A stretch of 64,000 nucleotides of DNA, taken from the NCBI RefSeq assembly GCF_009914755.1, contig NC_060929.1. One strand, given 5' to 3'. Source of the DNA: the human T2T-CHM13v2.0 reference genome, Homo sapiens. The notes under the pieces were generated by a model that did no database searches, was not told the DNA's origin, and worked only from the letters and a program-made list of their open reading frames with translations. This document shows positions 1 to 17,544 of this stretch, piece after piece (the first letter of the stretch is position 1; each line of letters opens with the position of its first letter). The position numbers and the translations under genes are program-made.

Positions 1-233
1 GGAGGTTCTTTTGAACCCAGGAGTTCCAGACCAGCCTGGGCAACATGGTGAGACCCTGTCTCTACAAAAAATTTAAAAAATTAGTGGGGTGTGGTGACGC
101 ATGTCTGTAGTCCCAGCTCCTCGGAAGTTTGGGGCAGAAGGATTGATTGAGCCCAGGAGATTGAGGCTGCAACGAGCTGTGATCACACAACTGCATTGTA
201 GCCTGGACAACAGAGCAAGAAACTGATTTAAAA
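1..233 (+). mobile_element. AluJ-type SINE, 5' part cut off by window edge
   Basis: Alu end of left arm, A-rich linker and right arm with J-type GAGCCCAGGAG/GAGGCTGCA motifs. Confidence 0.9.
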
Positions 234-238
234 AGGAA

Positions 239-302
239 ATATATATATGTTTATATATATAATATATTTATATATAATTATAAACATATATAATTAATTG
301 AA
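239..302. repeat. (TA)n / AT-rich low-complexity tract
   Basis: Direct reading: atatatatgtttatatatataatatatt... Confidence 0.85.
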
Positions 303-499
303 TTAAAAGACTAAGATCTAAGATCTGGCCTTTTCCCATTATTTCTGGCAAAGAAGTGTAAAATTTTAAATTGTAATTTAAGTTGGCTTGAAGGACCAAA
401 GATCTTGGATCCGGCCTTTCTCCCCTAGGTCTGGCAAAGAGGTGGTAGCCAGGAAGGAAAGCACAGGTGTGTCAGACACAGTGGGAAAGCTTCTTCTGT

Positions 500-615
500 G
501 ACGGTAGGTAAATTATTTAGCTACAAAGCATTTCCGTTTCCTCTCTTGTAGCATAGAATAATAGATGCTCATTTTCCCAAGGATTGCTGTGAAGATTAAA
601 TGATATAATGCAGGT
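500..615 (+). mobile_element. MIR fragment
   Basis: Degenerate MIR core (tttccgtttcctctcttgtag...ggattgctgtgaagattaaatga). Confidence 0.55.
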
Positions 616-1364
616 CTGCGTAGATTTTATTTGGTTCAGGTCTCCATAAAAAGGATTCCCATTATAAAGTAATCCAGGGATGTTTAGTAAATCCAGCCCA
701 TAGCAAAGGATCTGGCATATATTTGTTTCCGTGTAAAAGCTTTTCTACAAATGGTGAGTGGCAAGAGCTTTTTCTAAACTTCCTAAGTTGGAAATGTCTT
801 TTAATGAATGTGGGGTGATCCAAACAGAAGCAATTCCGAACTAGATTATATTGAGGTCAGAAGCAAATTATGCAAGAGATAACTTCCAAGTCTTAAATAA
901 AAAAGAAAAAATTTATTGACGAGGTGAGGTGGGTGTGGCCAACTAGGAAATTCACCATTTTCATTTACCTGACATCTGCCCTTTAAACGCCCTTCCCCCC
1001 TCCTTAGCCATAATTCATTTCATTCCCATCAGAAATATTTAAAGAACCCTTTGTAACAACTCCACAGTTGTAGGTTGGGATACAATTTCTCTCTTAAGTC
1101 CTTCATAGGGCCCTTTTGTTTTCTGCCTGCTCATAATCTCTCAGCATGGATGTTGCAACAATGTATGGGATGTGCCTGCATTTCCTTTCTTGTTTCTCTT
1201 AGACCCCTTAACCAAGGTTCCCAAGCACTTGAACACATTAACTCTTCTTAGAGTATTTTTTAAATGACACTAAAATATTGAGAGAATAAAGGAGATTATT
1301 TTAGGACAGGGCATAGGAGAAAGAGAAAATATAAGAAGACAATTGCTCTATTTTCTAAAAGATT

Positions 1365-1678
1365 GGCCAGGCGCAGTGGCTCATGCCTGTAATCCCAGCA
1401 CTTTGGGAGACCGAGGTGGGCAGATCACTTGAGTCCAAGAGTTTGAGACTAGCCTGAGCAACATGGGGAAATCCCATCTCTACCAAAAATACAAAAAAAA
1501 ATTAGCTGGGTGTGGTGGTGCATACCTGTGGTTCCAGTTGCTTGGGAGGCTGAGGTGGGAGGATTGCTTGAGTCCCGGAGGTGAAGGTTGTTACAGTGAG
1601 CCAAGATCACAGCACTGCACTCTAGCCTGGGCCATAGAGTAAAGCCCTGTCTCAAAAAATAAAATAAAATATAAAAAA
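1365..1678 (+). mobile_element. Full-length Alu (AluJ/early S)
   Basis: Dimeric Alu, A-rich tail, TSD TAAAAGATT on both sides. Confidence 0.95.
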
Positions 1679-2573
1679 TTAAAAGATTAAGTCTCTCCCG
1701 CTTATGGATATATTGCATATAATGGGGAGTGTGAGATGCCTTCAAACTTAACAGTTACAAGAAAATACAGAATCTGCCAGAATCACAACGACAAGAAAGA
1801 TTCTGAATTGTAAAATATAGACAGAGGTTGGGACAATTAAAAAATGAAGAAAATCCTGCGGGAACCCAATGCACTGAGTTTCAACAAGCCTGGGAATCCA
1901 CTGTCTCTGAGACTCTCACAGCCAGCCAGAGTGGTTTTCCTGGGAAGCTTTCTGAGTTGTTCTCTATGTACAGAGAAGGCATGGGCCAGCCTGGCTTATT
2001 TCCTAATAAGAGAAGAGTGGTCTTATCCACCACCTTCTTTCCAGCACATTGCACATTTCTGGGACTGTCACCCCTGCTTTTACTACTAGACAGAAAAGAA
2101 AAAAAAAACAGCAGAGAAAAACCACAATCTTGCCCTTTTGTAAGCAAGTGTGATATTTTCACCTTCAAAAAGCAGATTTGTGAAGCTTAACTTTGTTCAT
2201 CTCTATAAAGTGCTTTCATTTTTTGAAAAGGAAAGTGATCCGTGTGTGGGCTTAATCTAGGCTTAATCTGATCTAAGATGGAATTATTTAAAATAATGTC
2301 ACCGTAGTTTGGGATTAATACCTCTTGTTTCTCTTTGGAGACATGGCTTTTAGGAAAGTATGAGTTAACTGTCGCTATAGACTGTGGTTCCCTCTAGAGA
2401 GTATTCAGTTTTCTCTTAAAGCAAATTCATTAGGAAACAGAGGATCAGCAAAAAGTCTAGCCTGGAGTACGATGTAATGGGTGAAAGTGTATTTCTTCCA
2501 TGAAAGCTTGGTTTTGGAAGTTATTGTCATTATTTGAAAACCCATGAATCTGATATGAATCTGATATGACTTT

Positions 2574-2878
2574 GTGTGTGTGTGTGTGTGTGTGACGGAG
2601 TCTCGCTCTGTCGCCCCGGCTGGAGTGCAGTGGCGCTATCTCAGCTTACTTCAAGCTTGCCTCCCGGGTTCACGCCATTCTCCTGCTTCAGCCTCCCTAG
2701 TAACTGGGACTACTCACAAACGCCCGCCACCACGCCCTGCTATTTTTTTTGTATTTTTAGTAGAGACGGGGTTTCACGGAGTGTTAGCCAGGACGGTCTT
2801 GATTTCCTGACCTCATGATCTGCCCGCCTCGGCCTCCCAAAGTTCTGGGATTACAGGGGTGAGCCACTGCGCCTGGCC
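2574..2878 (-). mobile_element. AluY-like element whose tail is a (CA)n microsatellite
   Basis: Reverse Alu with Y-type motifs, (TG)n at tail position, TSD CTGATATGACTT. Confidence 0.92.
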
Positions 2879-2911
2879 CTGATATGACTTATTTTTAAAA
2901 AGCAGCAATCA

Positions 2912-3070
<159 letters not shown>

Positions 3071-3255
3071 TCACCTGAGGTCGGGAGTTCGAGACCAGCC
3101 TGACCAACATGGAGAAACCCCGTCTCTACTAAAAATACAAAATTAGCTGGGTGTGGTGGCACGTGCCTATAATCCCAGCTACTCGGGAGGCTGAGGCAGG
3201 AGAATTGCTTGAACTCAGGAGGCAGAGGTTGAGGTGAACTGAGATTGTGCCGTTG

Positions 3256-4652
3256 TGTGTCCGGAATTGGTGGGTTCTTGGTCTCACTGACTTCAAAAAT
3301 GAAGCCGTACACCCTCGCGGTGAATGTTACAGTTCTTAAACGCTGCGTGTCCAGAGTTTGTTCCTTCTGATCTTCGGATGTGTTCGGAGTTTGTTCCTTC
3401 TGGTGGGTTTGTGGTCTCGCTGGCTCAGGAATGAAGTTGCAGACCTTCCCAGTGAGTGTTACAGCTCTTCAGGCGGGGCGCCTGGAGTTGTCCGTTCCTC
3501 CTGGTGGGTTCCTGGTCTCGCTGGCTTTAGGAGTGAAGCTGCAGATCTTCGCAGTGAGTGTTACAGCTCATAAAGGCAGTGTGGACGCAAAGGGTGAGCA
3601 GCAGCAAGACTTACTGCAAAGCGTGAAAGAACAAAGCTACCAAAGCGTGCAAAAGGACCCTAGAGGGTTGCCACTGCTGGCTCTGGCAGCCTGCTTTTAT
3701 TCTTATCTGGCCCCACCCACATCCTGCTGATTGGTCCACTTTACAGAGAGCAGAGTGGTCTGTTTTGACAGGGTGCTGATTGGTGCGTTTACAATCCCTG
3801 AGCTAGACACAAAGGTTCTCCACGTCCCCACTAGATTAGCTAGATACAGAGTGTCCACACAAAGGTTCTCCAAGTCCCCACCAGAGTAGTTAGATACAGA
3901 GTGTGGGTTGGTGCATTCACAAACCCTGAGCTAGACACAGGGTGCTGATTGGTGTGTTTACAAACCTTGAGCTAGATACAGAGTGCCGATTGGTGTATTT
4001 ACAATCCCTTAGCTAGACATAAAGGTTCTCCAAGTCCCCACCAGACTGAGGAGCCCAGCTGGCTTCACCCAGTGGATCCCGCACTGGGGCCGCAGGTGGA
4101 GCTGCCTGCCAGTCCTGCGCCCTGTGCCAGCACTCCTCAGCCCTTGGGTGGTCGATGGGACTGGGCACGGTGGAGCAGGGGGCGGCATTCCTCCGGGAGG
4201 CTCCGGCCACACAGGAGCCCACGGAGGAGAAGGGAGGCTCAGGCATGGCGCGCTGCAGGTCCTAAGCCCTGCCCCGCGGGAAGGCAGCTAAGGCCCGGCG
4301 AGAAATTGAGCACAGCAGCTGCTGGCCCAGGTGCTAAGCCCCTCACTGCCCGGGGCTGGCGAGGCCGGCCTGCCGCTCGGAGTGCGGGGCCAGCCGAGCC
4401 CACGCCTACCTGGAACTCGCGCTGGCCCGCTAGCACCGCGCGCAGCCCCGGTTCCCGCCGGCGCCTCTCCTTCCACACCTCCCCGCAAGCTGAAGGAACC
4501 GGCTCCGGCCTTGGTCAGCCCAGAAAGGGGCTCCCACAGTGCAGCGGCGGGCTGAAGGACTCCTCAAGTGCCGCCAAAGTGGGAGCCCAGGCAGAGGAGG
4601 AGCGGAGAGCGAGCGAGGGCTGTGAGGACTGCCAGCAATCTGTCACCTCTCA
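3256..4652 (-). mobile_element. LTR12-family (ERV9) solo LTR
   Basis: Minus strand begins TGAGAGGTGACA and ends AATTCCGGACACA; GC-rich U3, tandem CCAAT/GATA units, U5 repeats; 4-bp TSD GTTG/ATTG. Confidence 0.96.
3696..3993 (-). promoter_or_regulatory. LTR12 promoter module (NF-Y CCAAT repeats, GATA sites, AATAAA TATA-like box), pointing leftward
   Basis: ATTGG at 3730, 3779, 3948, 3989; TTTATT at 3696-3701; matches known ERV9 LTR layout; activity not shown. Confidence 0.65.
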
Positions 4653-4857
4653 ATTGCACTCCAGCCTGGGCAACAAGAGCAAAACTCCATCTCAAAAAAA
4701 GAAAAACAGAGGTAGTAGGGGGCATGTGCTGCCCTAGGGTTATTAAATTTTTATCTTTGTCAAGAGAAAAGGTTTACATTAATGAATTTCAAAAAGCGAC
4801 CTTATGTTCTTTATTCGCTTTTTCATTTGTTTCTTCCCTAAAGGAAAAGACACAAAG

Positions 4858-5253
<396 letters not shown>

Positions 5254-5957
5254 TTAAATGTGGATGAAAGGAAAGATCTTATGGCTAGATGTAACCACAA
5301 TGACTCTAACAGTTGGTGGGAGGGAAAATCAAGCTGCCTGGAATGAATTTTGCATGTCAGCTTCTAGAGAGACTGGTGTTTTCATGAGCTTTATGACTAA
5401 TTTGGGGTGCGGTGATGAAGTACAGGGAGGCCTGGCAGAAACAATGCTTAATACCTTGATGTTGTCCACTGTGGAATTGCCCAGGACATGAAGATGCAAT
5501 AATGGAATTGGTTGTGTTAAAATGGGATAATGAAAGAAAAGGAAATACATTTTCTTTATTGGACAGGATACAATAGTGTTGCTTTGGTGAAACACACTTC
5601 TCATTATAGAATATTATAGTATCTGTTCTGATAGTTGGATATCTACAGGAGGCATCTGTGTGGTGGCAGCCTCTTGGGTGTATGAAGTGACTTTATTCTC
5701 AGTTGTGGCATTTCCCAGACGTCTCTTTGTTTGTCTTTTGTCTGACCGCAGTTGCTTGTGGTCTTTGCAGCACAGGTTGCACAAAGAAGGCTCTTTCTAT
5801 TCCCTTCAGTAGATGAGCACCAATTTCTTCCGATTTATGAATGAGTTTTTCCTGGAGAGCTGGTAACTGTTGTTTGGCATACAACCATTTTTTTGCTGCC
5901 GTTTTTATTTTCGGGACTTTTTCATATGTGCTTGCTCATTTCCTCAGCTGGGCATGA

Positions 5958-6293
<336 letters not shown>

Positions 6294-6792
6294 TAAGCCT
6301 GTGCAGAAGAGCAGGAGACGGGAAGTGCCCAGTCTTCTCTCCCAACTGAATTCCATTTCTCTCCCGACAGAATTCCATTTTTTTTCCTCATTCTTCTGTT
6401 CTGAGTCTAGAAGAAGACCCAGATTGTCTGAATGGACGACAATTTCATCCACTCATCAGTTCCTTCAATAAGCACCTGCTAGTTTCTGGAAGCTTGAGTT
6501 AATTCTAGAAGGCAGACAGCTTTTAAAATAAAAATTGAAGGAAAAGGGGAGAGAAAGGTGGATATGAACAAGGAGGATCAAATGAAGACAGAAAACAGGA
6601 AGGCAGAGCTAAGAAATTGTAGGAAGAGGAAATGAAGAAAAATGAGAAAGAAAAGGAAATGGTTTAAATTTTCAAAAATGAACAAAAATAAGATGGATTC
6701 AGAATACTCCACGTGCAGCTGTTTCTGCCAGTACCGTAAGGACCACATAGATTAATTTGCTTTGGCCTTTATCTTTGAAGAATTTAGAATTA

Positions 6793-7491
<699 letters not shown>

Positions 7492-9347
7492 GTAGTTAAC
7501 ATATTTTACTTCTCTTTGAAAGTGCTTCAAGTAAGTGGGATAACTAAAAAACAGAAAATGTTTAAAATTTATGCTTGTCGCTTATAAATTCCATTTCTGT
7601 CTTGCAGTTCAGGCTGGGGGGCTTTGTGGAGATCCCTCTCCTGAGGTGGTGTCCAGGGCTTGGGGGACAATTACTGGGCGTGTCCCCTCCTCTGTAACCA
7701 GAAGGCGGAACATGTGCTGACAGCTGAGAGGGAGAAAGGAGCTATTTTCTCCTCCCTTCTAAAGCTGTTAATGTCCTGGGCTCCAATAAACGATTGTAAC
7801 AATTGATCTCTGTGTGGTGAATCAGATACTCATTACATCTTGCTAAGCAAGACACTTAACTGAGCAGAATTCCTTTTCTAGTGACCTCTTCTCTCCTCTT
7901 AATGGGCAGTGATCCCTGAACCACAGGGGCTTGTTGTTGGTCCAGGTCACAGGCTTACAGCCTCCAGCGACACACACAGTAGTTTGAGCAGGAAAGGGAG
8001 AGGGACACTCTTCCATAAAAGGCCTCAGTGTGATCTGCTGTGTGGCAGACAACTGTGCGCAGGTCCTTGAAGTACTGAAGAAAGTCAGAGGAAGTTTGCC
8101 TGAGGGGTGCTTGTGATATTTTTGGCAGTGATTTTCTCACTACCTGTACTGTTTGTGTCTATTATTAATGTTTACTGCAACTTGAAAAAGAATAGCTACT
8201 AAATTAGGATTTGATGAACTTCTCAGCTGGAGAGAGCTGGATCTTACAGAGAAACACCATTTGGGATTGGAGATGTTGTGTTCTCTTAGTGGTTTCATTT
8301 TGATGTTAGGATAAGGAAGGGAAAAAACACTTCCAGAAGGCAGAAACAGCTTGTTGTGTCCAGTCCATGGAAGAAACATCAACATGTTTGAAGTGAGCTT
8401 TGCAGTTGTTTTGTCTAAATAGATGAAGGGCTCCAGGCTTTGGCTGCCTCACCATCACATCCTTTTATAATTTTAGTTTGGTTGATGAGTTTTTTTTCCT
8501 CAAGATTCTGCCTGATTTCAGCAAGTGTTTGGTGCTGCTGGGTAATGTCTTTACTATTAAACCATTTGGATTTTACTCACTTTTCAAGATCAATGGCTTA
8601 TTTTGTTGTTACTGGAAAGGAGTTAGAAAGCTCCACAACATCTCTTCCACTCTGCCTTCAAGGGATCGTCACAGCACAAATGTGATTGTTTCTGGACTTG
8701 TTAAGAGCCCTGAGCAATACAATGTGAAATAGCTTAGGCCTGGGCTGGAAGGAAATGATGAATGTTTTCCTTAGAGGAAGCGATTGGGGGTTTGGATGGA
8801 GGGATCTCGGGGCAAAACCCCACTTCCTGGAAGGATAATTAGTGTGTAGAAAGGTAAGCAGACACTGTTCTCGTAGAAAGTCCCTTGTAATTATCCCAAT
8901 AGGAATGTGCTCAGGACATATTTTTCCCTTTATTAAAGGGGTTGTGGGAGCACTGAATGATCAGCGTTGAGCCTTTTGTCCCAAGGAGAATTTCACAAAG
9001 GGCAAAGTCCCCTTTCCTCATATTTTGCATACCAAGGGAGTAATATCCAAAAAGTAGTGGTCCATTTGTTAATTCACTTTTTAGATCTCTCTCCCTCCAT
9101 GCATACCATATATAATATATACATTCTATTTAGTGTATTATATAATAAAACAAAATGCACAGAAAGGTTGCTTAAAGATCTTAAGTGTGTGTTTGTACTG
9201 TCATCCTAATGAGATTTGGAGATTAAAGTTTTCTAAAATCTTGTTTTAGAAACAAGGTTATTATCGTCAGGGATAATACATTATATTTTTTTACATGAGG
9301 CTCTTGGAAATCCATTGGAGAGACATTTCCTCACTAACCCTACGTGA

Positions 9348-9575
<228 letters not shown>

Positions 9576-9653
9576 TAATTTTTATTTTTAATTTCCACTT
9601 TATTAGAATATTGAGTCAATATTGGTCAATTAACATCTGGATAAAGAAATTGT

Positions 9654-10325
<672 letters not shown>

Positions 10326-10717
10326 AATAATAATATTGAGGCGTTGGGAATGGGGTGGGTTTTACTTCCCACTTGTTGGTGTGAATGTGATCCTCAGGCC
10401 CTGCCTCTGGGTGTGGAACTGCTGCCTTTTCATCTGCCCGCAGGGAGACTCCTCATGGCATCCAGGTCTCAGAAATTAGGCAGGGGCTCTTTCCGCTGTG
10501 CTGTACGTTCTGCCCACTCAGCTTTTAAAACCCAAGTCTTTTCTCCCTGCCATTTGCCCGCGGGTGCTGAGAAGTTGCGTTATCAGATGTTCATCCTTAA
10601 CTTACTTAGTTCTCCCTGGTAATTCTCTCCTGAGGTTTACCTTTCTTTTTCTGTTTTCTGATGTGACAGCTCAAAGATATCTGAGAAAGAGAAAAGTTAC
10701 TTTTAAAAGAACTTGAG

Positions 10718-11097
<380 letters not shown>

Positions 11098-11206
11098 TTA
11101 ACAGTGTTCATGAAGAAAGATGTCACTGAAATACATATAATTTAAAGCCTTTGGAAAACCAATGGTACAACTTATTTCTCCAGCACACTTTAAATTTATT
11201 TATTTA

Positions 11207-11522
<316 letters not shown>

Positions 11523-11656
11523 CTTAAACTTGTTTTTAATCAGAGACCCTTTCTTTTTCCTGCCCAATATTTGATTATATTAAGAACCACATAAAATGTG
11601 CCTAAAAGCAGTGTGCAGACAAGTGGATTAAAACAGAGCATCAAAAGTAAGGATCA

Positions 11657-12192
11657 GTCGGGCGAGGTGGCTCATGCCTGTAATCCTAGCACTTTGGGAG
11701 GCCGAGGCAGACGGATCATGAGGTGAAGAGATTGAGACCACCCTAGCCAACATGGTGAAACCCCGTCTCTGCTAAAAATACAAAAATTAGCTGGGCGTGG
11801 TGGCACGCACCTGTGATCTCAGCTACTCAGGAGGCTTAGGCAGGAGAATCCCTTGAAGCTGGGAGGTGGAGGTTGCAGTGAGCCGAGATCACACTACTGC
11901 ACTCCAGCCTAGGCTACAGAGTGAGACTCGGTCTCAAAAAAAAAAAAAGGCCGGGTGAGGTGGCTCGTGCCTGTAATCCCAGCACTTTTGGAGGCTGAGG
12001 CAGGTGGATCACCTGAGGTCATGAGTTCAAGACAAGGCTGGCCAACATGGCAAAACCCTGTCTCTATCGAAAATACAAAAATTAGCCAAGAGTGGTGGAG
12101 GGCACTTGTAATCCCAGGCTGAAGCAGGATAATTGCTTGAACCCAGGAGGTGGAGGTTGCAGTGAGCCAATATCACGCCACTGCACTCTAGC
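11657..12192 (+). mobile_element. Two tandem AluS; second internally deleted and tailless
   Basis: Alu 11657-11948 followed directly by Alu 11949-12192. Confidence 0.9.
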
Positions 12193-12286
12193 CTTACTTG
12201 TAAAAGGAAGGATCATTTATAAATTTAATAACTGAAAGTTGAAAAATGGATTTAAGGAGAAAAAGGTATAGGTTTCTTTGTTTTAG

Positions 12287-12600
<314 letters not shown>

Positions 12601-12619
12601 AATTACATTTATTAAAACC

Positions 12620-12886
12620 ATCGAAATAGCAAAGAACAAATTAGGAGAGACAGAAGGTATAATGGTGGTTGCTAGGCCTAGGTTGGGGGATAGGAATTTG
12701 AATTTAAGAGATACACAGTTTAAATTTGGGAAGATGAAGCAAGTTCTGGAGATAAATGGTGGTGATGGTTGCATAGCAGTGTGAATGTACTTAATGCTGC
12801 TGAGTTGTATAATTAAAAATGGCTAAAACTGTATATTTTATATATGCATGTTGTACCACAATAAGGTAGGGAAAAAAAAAAAAAAA
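12620..12886 (+). mobile_element. L1MB-type 3' UTR fragment
   Basis: aagttctggagata...ggtggtgatggttgca...gtgaatgtacttaatg...ccacaataa then poly-A. Confidence 0.8.
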
Positions 12887-13418
<532 letters not shown>

Positions 13419-14040
13419 TTAGTAGAAAATAAGTAACAGTCTTCTTGAAAGAAATGTCAGGTCTATCTCCGCAGAAAGAAATGAGAGGAAAAAAAAATCG
13501 TAACAGCTTAGCATTTATAGGGTATACAACAGGGAGTAAAACACATATGAAAAATATCATGATAGAAGGCCTTTATTTAAAAGTGTGGTTGAAGGCTGCT
13601 GACTCACTGGATAACTGAAGTATTTGTGGCTTGAGTAATGGCTAAGCCAAGAATCCTGGAGTCAGTGAGACTCTTTCTTCCTTGGAAAAAGAAAAAAAGG
13701 AAAGATCAAGTAAATTCTATCCCATTCTGTCTTAGATATTTTGTTCAACAATGATTTTGACCAATCCCAAATTCCTCAAATGAGGGAGGAATGTTCCGTG
13801 TTTTTGTAACCTTGATTAACTGTGATATTATTCCAAGAAAGAAGCAGTATCCAGATGGGGCAGGAGGCACAAGGAAAGAGCTAAATTGGGAATTCATTTT
13901 TTGTTCCCAGTCAGATGATGGGTGTCTTATGTATGGGGTCAATGCCACATCTGATCTCATCCCGAGAAAATACTCTTTAACTAGCTGGGCAAAATGTCTG
14001 TACTGAAGTGGGAAGTAATTTGATTGACTAAACATCTGAA

Positions 14041-14362
14041 AGCTGTGGCTCACACCTGTAATCCCAGCACCTTCAGAGGCCGAGGCAGGTGGATCATCTG
14101 AGGTCAGGTGTTCAAGACCAGCCTGGCCAACATGGCGAAACTCCATCTCTACTAAAAATACAAAAATTAGCCAGGTGTGGTGGTAGGTTCCTGTAGTCCC
14201 AGCTACTTGGAAGGCTGAGGCACGAGAATCACTTGAACCCAGGAATTGGAGGTTGCAGTGAGCCAAGATTGTGCCACTGCACTCTAGCTTGGGCATCAGG
14301 GTGAGACTCTGTCTCAAAACAAAAAATAACAACAACAACAACAAAAAACAAACAAACAGAAA
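14041..14362 (+). mobile_element. AluSx-type with (AAC)n tail
   Basis: Dimeric Alu; TSD AAACATCTGAA. Confidence 0.93.
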
Positions 14363-14604
14363 ACCCCCAAAACATCTGAAGACAATCTTACAGTCTTCTG
14401 CTATGGTATTTTATCTTACATTATTCTGATACTGATTATTTATCTTCCTAAGGTTGCCTTTATTTCATAGTGTTTTTTGGCATGAATAAAGTGATCACTT
14501 ATGAATCAAGTGCTTGGAACTGCAATGGCCCAGAGACGCAGCTTTCTGCAAAGTCCACACCTACTAGGTTAGCAAGGCTCTAGTTATCTTAGGGAGGTTG
14601 TTGA

Positions 14605-14850
14605 GCATGGTCAAGTGAAGATGTTCTGGAAGCAGCTTTCCTGGGTATGAATCCCAGGTCTGCCCCTTATGAGAGACCTTGGACACTGACCCACATCTCT
14701 GTGTTTCAGTTTCTCTTCTCTAACATGAGAATGATCAGACTAGGCCTTACGTCAAAGGACTGTAATGAAAATATTATTTAAAACATAAGTACTCGGAACA
14801 GTGCCCAGTGTATAGGAAGTGGGCTATAAAAGTTGGCTATTATGACTATT
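14605..14850 (+). mobile_element. MIR
   Basis: ctgggtatgaatcccaggtctgcc...tctctgtgtttcagtttctc...gaacagtgcc...gttggctattat. Confidence 0.75.
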
Positions 14851-15019
14851 AATCATCGATTCTTTGGAGGAAGACATGGCTAAAACAGTGAGACTGAAAG
14901 CTGTTTGGTAATTCTATAGCTTGGGAATCAGAAACCATTCATCATTTGCATTGGGGAGTTTGAAACTCCTGGCTACTATAAGCATGTAGAGCTGAAAATA
15001 AAATATTGGTGTTAATGAA

Positions 15020-15270
15020 TTGTTCATGCATTCATTCATTTATTGATTCACCATGTGTCAGGAATTGGAGAAACCAAATCAATTATGGCATGATCACCGA
15101 CCTAATGATGCTCGGTCTAGTGGTAGAAACACTCACATGAACAGATTATTATGCAACATGGAGGTGCAAAGATGGAGATATACACAAGGTAGTACTGAAA
15201 TATGATGGAGGGGAACTTTAGCTCAGGGTGGGGAAGAGGAAAGAGTCATAATTCTTTGAGGAAGTAATCC
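15020..15270 (-). mobile_element. L2 3' fragment
   Basis: attcattcatttattga...atgtgtcagg followed by degenerate L2 body. Confidence 0.6.
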
Positions 15271-15299
15271 CAGAACATACCTCCTTTGTCAAATAAGAA

Positions 15300-16260
<961 letters not shown>

Positions 16261-16306
16261 TCCTAGTACTTCCAGGAAGGGCATGACAGTTCCTGATTGA
16301 AAATTC

Positions 16307-16508
16307 TTTTTTTTTTTTTTTTTTTTTTGAGACGAAGTCTCGCTCTGTTGCCCAAGCTGGCGTGCAGTGGCATGATGCTCACTACAACCTCCACCTCCCA
16401 GGTTCAAGCAATTCCCCTGCAGCCTCCCGAGTAGCTGGGACTACAGGCACGCGCCACGATGCCTGGCTAATTTTTGCATTTTCAGTAGAGATGGAGTTTC
16501 ACTATGTT
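16307..16508 (-). mobile_element. 5'-truncated AluS
   Basis: Poly-T, right arm, linker; TSD TTC(C/T)TGATTGAAA(A)TTCT. Confidence 0.9.
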
Positions 16509-17061
16509 CTTGATTGAAAATTCTATTCACAGTGCCCATGTGGCATCCCAGGGCTCTAAACCTTTAAAGTCAAAATTCTATCCAGTGTATAATTTTTCTA
16601 AGGCAGTAAGGTGAATGGAAGCATTTTTATAAAAACTTGTCATGGGAAGAATTTTTTTTTTTTTTTTTTTGCTGTAATATAGCTTTAAAAACACTCTAGC
16701 ATACCCCCAAGCTTTTAGTAAAAGTAGTTGTTTTATTTTAACAGCAATTAGAAAAGATAATCCTGCTAAACTGAAATCCTAGACTACATCTGATATCATT
16801 TTAGTTTTCAGTGACCTACTTAGTGCATGGCACGATTTACAGTTGAGGTTTATTGCTTTAGCAAAATAATGCTTTGGTCATTCACTTAGGAAAAAAAACC
16901 CTTTCAACTTTATTCTCTAGTATGGAGTGAAACCTTTAACACTCAAAATTAGTTCAAGGTTAAGTCATTATTAAAACAATTTTGTACCTCAAGTCTCAAA
17001 CAGAAGTACCTATTAGACATGATGCATACAGAGTTTATGTTTCTTAAAAGACTAGGGAAGA

Positions 17062-17544
<483 letters not shown>

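Noticed and set aside
3720-4045. Regularly spaced repeats resembling a CRISPR array
   Set aside because: These are the known tandem CCAAT/GATA units of LTR12, without unique spacers, in primate DNA.
4072-4737. 221-aa ORF, and similar ORFs at 45860-46267
   Set aside because: Lies in GC-rich LTR12 U3, where stop codons are scarce; the paralogous LTR does not keep the frame.
13745-14344. 199-aa ORF and similar ones (18922-19470, 30680-31246, 49519-50061)
   Set aside because: Standard antisense Alu translations (LECSG..., [10 protein letters not shown]).
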